Of a stretch of DNA of 10,903 bases, positions 1 to 7,747 are shown one piece after another. How positions within the stretch are numbered: position 1 is the stretch's first letter; every line of letters begins with the position of its first letter. Origin of the DNA: Octopus sinensis (Eukaryota); the NCBI RefSeq assembly GCF_006345805.1, contig NW_021827229.1:1-10903 (forward strand), written 5' to 3'. The position numbers and the translations under genes are program-made. The notes beneath the pieces are model-generated. The model worked only from the letters and a program-made list of their open reading frames with translations. It searched no databases and was not told the DNA's origin.

Positions 1-18
1 GTGAAACTAGTACTTGTT

Positions 19-95
19 TGGTACTTTAGTTAATTGACCCGGATGAGATGAGAAGTAAAACTGGACTTGATTGGATTTGAACTGAGAATGTAAGG
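19..95 (-). mobile_element. Degenerate fragment of the SINE family seen intact at 2312-2547
   Basis: TGGTACTTTAGTTAATTGACCCGGATGAGATGAGAAGTAAAACTGGACTTGATTGGATTTGAACT is a diverged reverse complement of the core at 2389-2454 (GAGTTCAAATTCCGCCGAGGTCGACTTTGCCTTTCATCCTTTCAGGGTCGATAAATTAAGTACCA). Confidence 0.6.
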
Positions 96-118
96 AACTA
101 GGATAGATAGATAGCTAC

Positions 119-282
119 TGTGGCTGCGTGGTTAAGGAACTCACAGTGCAACCATGAGTTTTTACGTTCAGTTCCAATGTGCAGTACTTTGGTGAAATGT
201 CTTTTACTGTATCCCTGAATATTGAATATTGACCAATAGCTTGTGAGGGAATTCGGTAGGTGGAAATTGAAAGAAGACTGTC

Positions 283-285
<3 letters not shown>
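119..285 (+). mobile_element. Old tRNA-derived SINE, 5' half (head and body); its 3' half is probably 1119-1396
   Basis: A-box-like TGGCTGCGTGG at 121-131, GTTCAGTTCC B-box-like, then GCTTGTGAGGGAATTCGGTAGGTGGAAATTGAAAGAAGAC. Collinear with 3127-3280 of the intact copy. Confidence 0.75.
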
Positions 286-313
<28 letters not shown>

Positions 314-648
314 TGTGTACAGTGCTCAGGTGCACTACAACTCATCTAAAGTGTATATATAATCAGGTGTAGTTTCGGCGGATTTCGGAAAGCATGAGGG
401 CCTTAAAGGATGCAGTGTCATGGCAGTCAACAACTGACAGAGGCAGTTTATTCCATGCCTCAGCAACTCTGAGCGTGAAAAAATGTTTCCAAAAGTCATG
501 GGAGCTGTGTTGTTTTCTGACTTTGTAGGCATGTCCACGTGTGTTAGACACATGGAGATCAAAAAGGTGTTCAGTGTTGTTGTTGGTGAGGTGGTTGATA
601 ACTTTGTGGGTGTTTACCAAGTCCGTCGCCAGACGCCAGAGCTTCAGT
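286..648 (-). mobile_element. 5'-truncated CR1-clade LINE 3' end (ORF2 C-terminus, short 3'UTR, (TTA)n tail)
   Basis: Minus frame 647-363 reads LKLWRLATDLVNTHKVINHL...NTRGHAYKVRKQ...KHFFTLRVAEAWNKLP..VV...SFK. This matches the CR1 ORF2 terminal motif (LxxRRLxxDL...TRGHxxKL...FFSxRVVxxWNxLP). Stop at 365-363; tail appears as (TAA)n at 286-313 on the plus strand. Confidence 0.9.
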
Positions 649-678
649 ATCTATCTGTCTGTCTGTCTAGCTATCATG

Positions 679-743
<65 letters not shown>
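648..743. repeat. (TATC)n/(TGTC)n tetranucleotide microsatellite
   Basis: Pure TATC run at about 679-743, with mixed units upstream. Confidence 0.97.
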
Positions 744-965
744 ATGTGTTTATTTCCTCCCTGCCTGAGGTTAACGTGGTCTTTTCCGTAGGCTTTTCTT
801 TCCACGGATAAACCTAATCTTGTTTCTTACTTTTTAAAAATTTCTTTCTGTGATATATGATCCCTTTCGATTGCTATTCTTTCCCTGACTCCTTTTAATT
901 GAATTTTACATTTGTTCCCCATTTTTTCCCTTTACTTTTCCATTTTCGGAAAGAAAATCTCTACA

Positions 966-1008
966 TTTGTATTTGTCCTCTCTGTTCAGCCCTGTGTGGC
1001 CAATAAAG
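966..1008 (+). mobile_element. Retroposon 3' terminus similar to the 3' end of the SINE at 2312-2547; the element may extend upstream to about 744
   Basis: TTTGTCCTCTCTGTTCAGCCCTGTGTGGCCAATAAAG versus TTTGTCCTCTCTGTGTTTCGCCCCTTGTGGGTAGTAAAG at 2504-2542. Confidence 0.5.
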
Positions 1009-1009
<1 letters not shown>

Positions 1010-1071
<62 letters not shown>

Positions 1072-1120
1072 CTTGTCTGTCTGTCTGTCTATCTGTCTAC
1101 CTATCTGTCTATCCATCCAT
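1010..1120. repeat. (TATC)n grading into (TGTC)n/(CATC)n microsatellite
   Basis: Directly visible. Confidence 0.97.
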
Positions 1121-1396
1121 GTGCGTGCATGCGTCTCTCTGTTCTGAGATCAAATGATGGTTGTAAATGAGCATCACCATCATACAAGCAGTGTTGTTCA
1201 TTTCTTGTCTTCCATGCAAAAAAAAAAAAAAAAATGAAAAACCCATGTCTAGCCATGGGGAAATATTACCTTGCTTGAGATAGGTAAAGAGTTGCTGACG
1301 GCAAGGGCATTCAGGCAGAGAAAATCTACCTCAACAAAAATTCCCTGCAACCAATGCCAGCATGGAAAAGTGGACGTTATATGATGTTGATGATGG
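1119..1396 (+). mobile_element. SINE 3' half with (GAT)n tail
   Basis: Collinear with 7151-7363 (CATGTCT.G.C, AATATTACCTTG, AAAATCT, CCAATGC, TGGAC.TTA, GATGATG). The terminus is also shared with 6500-6572. Confidence 0.8.
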
Positions 1397-1416
1397 CATA
1401 AACTATATACACATAT

Positions 1417-1824
1417 ACTCTTTTTTACTCTTTTACTTGTTTCAGTCATTTGACTGCGGCCATGCTGGAGCACCACCTTTAGTCGAGCAAATCGACCCCG
1501 GGACTTATTCTTTGTAAGCCAGTACTTATTCTATCGCCTCTTTTGCCGAACCGCTAAGTGACGGGGACATAAACAGACCCAGCATCGGTTGTCAAGCAAT
1601 GCTAGGGGGACAAACACAGACACACAAACACACACACACACACATATATACATATATACGACAGGCTTCTTTCAGTTTCCGTCTACACAATCAATCCACT
1701 CACAGGCATTGGTTGGCCCGGGGCTATAGCAGAAGACACTTGCCAAGATGCCACGCAGTGGGACTGAACCCGGAACCATGTGGTTGGTTAGCAAGCTACT
1801 TACTACACAGCCACTCCTGTGCCT
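1417..1824 (-). mobile_element. Full-length young tRNA-derived SINE with internal (TA)/(TG) microsatellite and (AAAAGAGT)n tail
   Basis: Reverse complement aligns end to end with 3117-3554 and 9952-10362. Has an A-box-like TGGCTGTGTAG, B-box-like GGTTCAGTCCC and the 3' hairpin CAGTCAAATGACTG. Confidence 0.93.
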
Positions 1825-1827
1825 ATA

Positions 1828-1992
1828 TGTGGCTATGTGGTTAAGAAGTTCTCTTTGTACTCACGAGGTTTTGAATTCAATCCTACTGCATGTTAGCTTG
1901 GACGAGGTTCTTCTGGTTTTTCTAAATGGCTCTATGCTAATGAATATGTTTTCAGTGAAAGCTGATCAACAGAAATTATGCAGAGGCCTCTC
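1828..1992 (+). mobile_element. Heavily degenerate SINE head and body, same head type as 119-285
   Basis: TGGCTATGTGGTTAAGAAGTT...GAATTCAATCCTACTGCATGTTAGCTTGGACGAG follows the A-box, B-box, CORE-like order of the intact copies. Confidence 0.6.
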
Positions 1993-2311
1993 CTATGAGC
2001 TCCATATTATTTCACCTTTCTTACTTATTCCTTATCCTTCTTTGTCTGCGTACCTTTGTTTTCATTCGTTATTACACCTTGTCAAGGAAGGTGCGTGGCT
2101 TAGTGGTTTGGCTATTCGGCTCATAATCACAAGGTCATGAGTTCGATTACTGGTGGTGCATATCTCCTTGAGCAAGATGCTTTATTTCACATTGCTCCAA
2201 TCCACTCAGTAGACAAAGATGATTAGTACCTGTATTTCAAAGGGGCCAGCCTTGTCACACTCTGTATCACACTGAATCTCCCTGAGAACTACTGTAAGGG
2301 TACATGTATCT

Positions 2312-2547
2312 TAAGGTGGCGAGCTGGCAGAATTGTTAGCATGCCAAGTGAAATGCTTAGCCGTATTTCATCTGCCGTATTATGTTCTGAGTTCAAATTC
2401 CGCCGAGGTCGACTTTGCCTTTCATCCTTTCAGGGTCGATAAATTAAGTACCAGTTACGCACTGGGGTCGATTTAATTGACTTAATCCGTTTGTCTGTCC
2501 TTGTTTGTCCTCTCTGTGTTTCGCCCCTTGTGGGTAGTAAAGAAAAA
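2312..2547 (+). mobile_element. Full-length SINE with 13-bp target-site duplication
   Basis: Exact direct repeat GGTACATGTATCT at 2299-2311 and 2548-2560. B-box GAGTTCAAATTCC at 2389-2401 and A-rich end. The central GCCTTTCATCCTTTC.GGGTCGATAAA.TAAGTACCAG resembles conserved metazoan SINE central domains (Meta/MESC type, from memory). Confidence 0.92.
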
Positions 2548-2567
2548 GGTACATGTATCTGTGGAGT

Positions 2568-2889
2568 TTGAAGGTGTGTGGCTTAGTGGTTAGGGCATTC
2601 GGCTCATGATCCTAAGGTCGTGAGTTCAATTCCTGGCAGTGTTGTGTCCTTAAGCAAGACACTTTATTTCATGTTACTCCAATCTGCTCAGCTGGCAAGA
2701 ATGAGTTATACCTGTATTTCAAAGGGCCAGCCTTGTCACACTCTGTATCACACTGAATCTCCTTGAGAACTATGTTAGGGGTACATGTGTCTGTGGATTG
2801 CTCAGTCACTTGCATGTTAATTTCACGAGCAAGCTGTTCCGTCGATCGTATCAGCTGGGACCTCGTCGTCGCCACAGACGGAGTGCTCC
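2568..2889 (+). mobile_element. Full-length SINE of the same family as its host, with 12-bp target-site duplication
   Basis: Exact direct repeat TATCTGTGGAGT at 2556-2567 and 2890-2901. A-box TGGCTTAGTGG at 2579-2589, B-box GAGTTCAATTCC at 2622-2633, CORE-like TGTGTCCTTAAGCAAGACACTTTA. Confidence 0.92.
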
Positions 2890-3116
2890 TATCTGTGGAG
2901 TGTTCAGCCACATACGTGCTAACTTCCCAAGCAAGCTGGTCCATCGATGAGATCACCTGAAACCTTCATCATCGTAACCGATGGAGTACCTGTATTCCTC
3001 GTGAGCACAACCTTCGATGCTTCTTGATACATCACAAATCTCACCAGTCCGTTTCTCCATCTGCATTACCGTGCAACCCCAAGAAAGCATAAAATGAAAT
3101 TTCTCTTGCCAGTGTA

Positions 3117-3287
3117 GGCGCAGGAATGGCTGTGTGGTAAGTAGCTTGTTTACCAACCACATGGTTCCGGGTTCAGTCCCACTACGTGGCACCTTGGGCA
3201 AGTGTCTTCTGCTATAGCCCCGGGCCGACCAATGCCTTGCGAGTGGATTTGGTAGACGGAAGCTGAAAGAAGCCCATCGTATATATG

Positions 3288-3323
<36 letters not shown>

Positions 3324-3554
3324 GTGTGTTTGTGTGTCTGTGTTTGTCCCCGTAGCATTGCTTGACAACCGATGCTGGTGTGTTTACGTCCCCGTCACTC
3401 AGCGGTTCAGCAAAAGAGACCGATAGAATAAGTACTGGGCTTACAAAAAGAATAAGTCCCGGGGTCGATTTGCTCAACTAAAAGGTGGTGTTCCAGCATG
3501 GCCGCAGTCAAATGACTGAAACAAGTAAAAGAGTAAAAGAGAGTAAAAAGAGTA
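3117..3554 (+). mobile_element. Full-length young SINE with (AAAAGAGT)n tail and probable 6-bp TSD
   Basis: A-box TGGCTGTGTGG, B-box-like GGTTCAGTCCC, CORE-like CACCTTGGGCAAGTGTCTT, internal (TA)(TG) tract at about 3280-3342. AGTGTA flanks both ends (3111-3116 and 3555-3560). Confidence 0.93.
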
Positions 3555-3767
3555 AGTGTATCAAATATAGTCAAACCTACAACCACACACACCAATATTG
3601 CAAATTATCTCCATACCCTCAATTCTACACTTCGTTTTTGTCCAACAATTTCATTGAAAAACTAACAAATTTCCTAGCTCTGTTTATCTTTCATTTCTGC
3701 TTAAGCAATATTCATAATGTAATTATATTGGTTCGTCTTTATTTTTCTAATAAAACCAGACTGATAG

Positions 3768-3769
3768 TG

Positions 3770-3801
<32 letters not shown>

Positions 3802-3813
3802 GTTATTATTATT
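3768..3813. repeat. (TTA)n microsatellite with TTG interruptions
   Basis: Directly visible. Confidence 0.95.
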
Positions 3814-4016
3814 TTCTCATCCTTACTGGATTTCTGTTTGTTTGGTTATTTTTTTAGTTTTTTTTTTCTGTTTACATAACACCACCGTTTCCCTTTTCTT
3901 CCTTGTTTCTTTTTTCACTCGTTGTTCCTCTCTATGTTGTTGTTGCGTATATTTTTGCCTTCATTACAGTTATTGAAAATTAGGATGGACAGACGAACAA
4001 ATGTTTGTATTCTACT

Positions 4017-4146
4017 CATGCACACACACAAACACATGTATATATGTGTAAACATATATAGACATAAATATATATATATACATATATATACATATACATA
4101 TATATACATATATATATACATAATATATATATATATATATATATAC

Positions 4147-4180
<34 letters not shown>

Positions 4181-4469
4181 GTAAATATATGTATACGTGT
4201 GTTGTGTGTGTGTATATATATGTGTGCATGATACACCTCCATGATTATATATATATACCAGAATATGTACATACATGGTATATATATTATATATATATAT
4301 ATATGTACATACATGTATATATATATATATAATATATATATATATATGTATAATAAATGTATGTATACACACACACACACACATGTATTCAGTATAAATT
4401 TATAAAATCTATTTACTTATTTATAAATACACGTGTGTATATAGATATGGATATCTATCTATCTGTGTG

Positions 4470-4539
<70 letters not shown>

Positions 4540-4595
4540 TAGATAGATAGATGTACATCTGTACATATAAGCATATATGCGTGTGTGTGTGCATG
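4017..4595. repeat. Compound (TA)/(CA)/(TG) microsatellite field with (AG)n at 4503-4534 and (GATA)n at 4538-4552
   Basis: Directly visible. Confidence 0.95.
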
Positions 4596-4799
4596 TATAA
4601 GGACATGGTGTATCACACTAAATTTAAAAGCTTTTGAATAGAAGGCCGATTGTGGGAAATAAACAAGCAAAAAAAAAAAACTCTAAACTCCCCCTCCATC
4701 ACCACCACAACCATTTGCTACCAACAAAAATAATAAAAAAATCAAGCAAAGATGACAATAAAAAAAAGCAAAGAATCTCCCCAAAAATATTGAGGAGTG

Positions 4800-5114
4800 T
4801 GACACACATACATGCGTGTGTGTATATGTGTATGTGTGTATGTATATATATATATGTATATAAGTGTGTATGTGTATATATATATATGCTGTGGTGTGTA
4901 AATATGTATATGTGTGTATGTGTATATATATATGTATATAGTGGTATGTGTTGTTACATATATGTTATATATATGTATATAAGTGTGTATATATACCTGT
5001 ATATATTTATGTGAGTATGTGTATATATACATATGTATATATGTGTGTATGTATATATATGTATATATGTATATGCATATATATATGTGCATACCTATAC
5101 ATACATACATATAT

Positions 5115-5146
<32 letters not shown>

Positions 5147-5192
5147 GGTATATGTGTATGAGTGTATGTATGTGTGTGTGTGTGTGTGTGTA
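4800..5192. repeat. Compound (TA)/(TG) microsatellite field
   Basis: Directly visible. Confidence 0.95.
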
Positions 5193-5513
5193 TCGAAATT
5201 TAGTAAAATAAAATGAATGGGTATTTCAGGAAATTATAATATAATGACTGAGGTAAAATGAGATATATTGTCTAAAAAAAAAAAATGAAGAAAAAATGAC
5301 TAAAAAAAAATATAATAAAATACAGGTGTAGAGTTGAAATAGTTTCTCCATAAAGAAATGTGGTGTACACTGCTTTTCAATTATGTTGCTGACACGGGGA
5401 AAAAAAGATGAAAAGGAAAATGAAATGAAACGGTTGTTGTTTTTTTTTAATTGTTCTTTTCTTTTTGTTTTCCTTCTATCTGCAAAAGCGCAACAAACAA
5501 ACAGATATTTGTC

Positions 5514-5530
5514 GTGTGTGTGAGAGACAC

Positions 5531-5577
<47 letters not shown>

Positions 5578-5639
5578 ATATATATTCACATACATATGTA
5601 TACACACATATGCATACACATACATATGTAAAAGCATGC

Positions 5640-5673
<34 letters not shown>

Positions 5674-5863
5674 GTACTCTCACGCATGCATGTAAATACA
5701 TACATATATATATTTATATGTATATATATGTGTGTGTGTTTTTGTGTGCGTATATATATATATATATATATATGCACACACACACACACATATATATATG
5801 TACTTTCATGTATATATATTTATATATACATATAAATAGGTATTTATAAATACATACATGTAC

Positions 5864-5895
<32 letters not shown>

Positions 5896-5960
5896 ACGCA
5901 CACACACATATTAACACCTTTGCATATGTGTGTGTGTGTGTGCATGTGTGCACGCATATA
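5514..5960. repeat. Compound (TA)/(TG)/(CA) microsatellite field
   Basis: Directly visible. Confidence 0.95.
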
Positions 5961-6069
5961 AAGGTAATGTATAATATTGTTGTTTCCGAATATTATTCTC
6001 TCTCCAACTCTCCAATTCCTCTGACTCTCTGTCTCTGGCCACACTACCTCCACTTATTCCGGCATCAGG

Positions 6070-6155
6070 AGTCTTGAGCTACACTATGCAATGTACTGAG
6101 GCAGATTTGGCTGTTATTTCTAGTAATCAAGGAAGCATACAGTAGCTTCTCTCAT
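6070..6155 (+). mobile_element. Possible remnant of another octopus interspersed repeat
   Basis: GATTTGGCTGTTATTTCTAG resembles a motif I recall from octopus repeats. There is no second copy in the window to confirm it. Confidence 0.3.
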
Positions 6156-6220
6156 GCTATCCATACCTTGCCTGTTTGAGGGTGTGTCTATACATGTGTG
6201 TATGTATGTGTGTGCATGTG

Positions 6221-6572
6221 TGTGGCTGATGCCAGCACCGCCTAGACTGGCTTCCGTGCCGGTGGCATGTAAAAATGTACCGAATTGTGGCCGATACTTG
6301 CCACTGGGCCTTCCGTTGGTGGCATGTAAAATTTCCAATCGATGTGGCGTTGGCCGCCTCGCCTGGCACCTGTGCAGGTGGCACGTAAAAAGCACCCACT
6401 ACACTCACGGTGTGGTTGGCGTTACGAAGGGCATCTAGCTGTAGAAATTCTGTCAGATCAGACTGGAGCCTGGTGCAGCCTTCTGGCTTCCCAGATCCGC
6501 GGTCGAACCGTCCAACCCATGCTAGCATGGAGAACGGACGTTAAACGATGATGATGATGATATGATGATGAT
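6221..6572 (+). mobile_element. 5'-truncated SINE-like retroposon with three internal ~57-65 bp tandem units and a (GAT)n tail
   Basis: GGTGGCAYGTAAAA at 6261, 6318 and 6377. 3' palindrome CCATGCTAGCATGG at 6517-6530, then GGACGTTAAAC(GAT)n, shared with the tails at about 1350-1396 and 7305-7363. Confidence 0.85.
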
Positions 6573-6590
6573 ATACATGCAAGCGTGACT

Positions 6591-7363
6591 AGGTACAGGC
6601 ATGGCTGTGCATTTAGAAGTTTGCTTTCCAGCTACTATGTATTAGTTTCATATTCGCTGCATTGTACCTTGGGCAGCAAGTGTCTCTTTATAAAGCCTTG
6701 TGAGTGTATTTCGTATTGGAAACTGAAGGAAGCCCATGTTTCTATGTGTGTATTTGTCTATTTCTGTCTCCTTTCCTTTATATTGCATGATATAACTCCA
6801 CCCGTCTAACACCCGTGGGCATATTTACAAAGTCAGAAAACAGCACAGCTCCCATGACTTCAGGAAACATTTTTTCTCGCTGAGAGTTGCTGAACCATGG
6901 AACAAACTGCCGGCATCAGTTGTTAGTTGTCGGAGCACTGCGTCCTTCAAAACCTCCATGCTCTCTGAGATTCGCCAACACTACACCTGATTTTCTCCCC
7001 TCCATACACACACAAGCATGTATCTGACTCATACGTTGTTCGCTTTCCAGACATTTGTACATTACTGCATACACTTTATACGCACTTTCTGACAAGTTGT
7101 GGTGCACCTGAGCACTGTATACAATAATTCCATTATTATTATTATTATAAGTATAAGCAAGTGTCACTGACTCGCAAGCTATGTTCTTCATTTCCAATCT
7201 TTCACGAAGACATGTCTGGTCGTAATGCAATATTACCTTGGTTGAAGCAGGTGAGGGTTAGCAACAGGAAAAGCACCCTGCCATAAAAAATCTGTTTTAA
7301 TTAATTCCATCTGACCAATGCATGTCAGGAGAATTGGACATTAAAACCATGATGGTGATGATG
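6591..7363 (+). mobile_element. Old SINE with (GAT)n tail, split by a LINE insertion (pieces 6591-6795 and 7151-7363)
   Basis: Head AGGTACAGGCATGGCTGTG...ACCTTGGGCAGCAAGTGTCT...GCCTTGTGAGTG...GGAAACTGAAGGAAGCCC matches 3116-3275. The 3' piece matches 1165-1396. Confidence 0.82.
6796..7145 (+). mobile_element. 5'-truncated CR1-clade LINE 3' end, second copy, with (ATT)n tail
   Basis: Frame 6796-6990 reads LHPSNTRGHIYKVRKQHSSHDFRKHFFSLRVAEPWNKLPASVVSCRSTASFKTSMLSEIRQHYT*, collinear with ORF 363..620. It is absent from the ORF track because it has no start codon. Candidate TSD TATAA at 6791-6795 and 7146-7150. Confidence 0.9.
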
Positions 7364-7497
7364 TTCATTATAATAACAATAGAAACATATCCGTTTGGGT
7401 CCCTATCTTCATTTCGGTCACTTTCTATCTGTGTCCCTTATTGCTGCCCACCATCTAAAGCAATACTACAAAAAGAGTTTGTATCTTTCTCTACCCA

Positions 7498-7534
7498 CTG
7501 AAGAAGTCAGTAGATGCAGAAACATCCTGATGTC
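7498..7534 (+). other. Degenerate hammerhead-ribozyme-like motif
   Basis: CTGAAGA (7498-7504), a 14-nt spacer, GAAAC (7519-7523), then ATC-CT-GAT-GTC. ACATC/GATGT can pair as stem III ahead of a GUC site. Stem II is weak and stem I is not evident. Confidence 0.3.
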
Positions 7535-7747
7535 CCAGAAGTTTCCACTGAACTCTGTACAAACATATTTTGCTAATACGAGTAAATATTGGCTTTGTTC
7601 TTTCTGTTATTTAGATATTTATTTCACATAGATTTTGGTCATTGTCCAATCTTAATTTCTAATTAGTTTTCGAACACAGTCTCAGTAAGTACATGCTTCA
7701 TTTAGATGAATTGAGTTGTATCTTTTGAGGTTCCTGTCTGCTTAGCT

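Larger units (their letters stand above)
2086..2990 (+). mobile_element. tRNA-derived CORE-like SINE (host copy) interrupted by two insertions; host pieces are 2086-2311, 2561-2567 and 2902-2990
   Basis: A-box TGGCTTAGTGG at 2096-2106, B-box GAGTTCGATTAC at 2139-2150, then CCTTGAGCAAGATGCTTTATTTC. The rejoined pieces are collinear with the intact copy at 2568-2889. Confidence 0.88.

Noticed and set aside
363-620. 85-aa ORF as a host gene
   Set aside because: It is the C-terminal remnant of a CR1 ORF2. Homology continues upstream of the TTG start and a LINE tail follows.
1218-1234. A17 run as a processed-pseudogene tail
   Set aside because: It lies inside a SINE where the paralogue (about 7205) has only a short A-rich stretch; simple homopolymer expansion explains it.
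1413-1828. ATAT as a TSD of the minus-strand SINE
   Set aside because: Only 4 bp in TA-rich context; not distinguishable from chance.
2086-2160. tRNA gene (also 2570-2640 and 3117-3185)
   Set aside because: A and B boxes are present, but there is no complete cloverleaf or T-run terminator, and the sequence continues into SINE bodies.
1599-3595. Recurring peptides such as WLVSKLLTTQP, GLNPEPCGW and QHGRSQMTETSKRVK in several ORFs
   Set aside because: Translations of the same SINE family, not a gene family.
3485-3976. 163-aa hydrophobic ORF as a membrane protein
   Set aside because: It starts inside a SINE tail, and its hydrophobicity comes from (TTA)n and T-rich low-complexity DNA.
3915-5953. 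Many overlapping YI/CV/HT-rich ORFs (also at 7749-8385)
   Set aside because: Translations of (TA)/(TG)/(CA) microsatellites, open in several frames on both strands; not coding.
6221-6397. CRISPR-like repeat and spacer pattern
   Set aside because: Eukaryotic context, only three 14-bp cores, spacers related to each other, no cas genes, and it ends in a retroposon tail.
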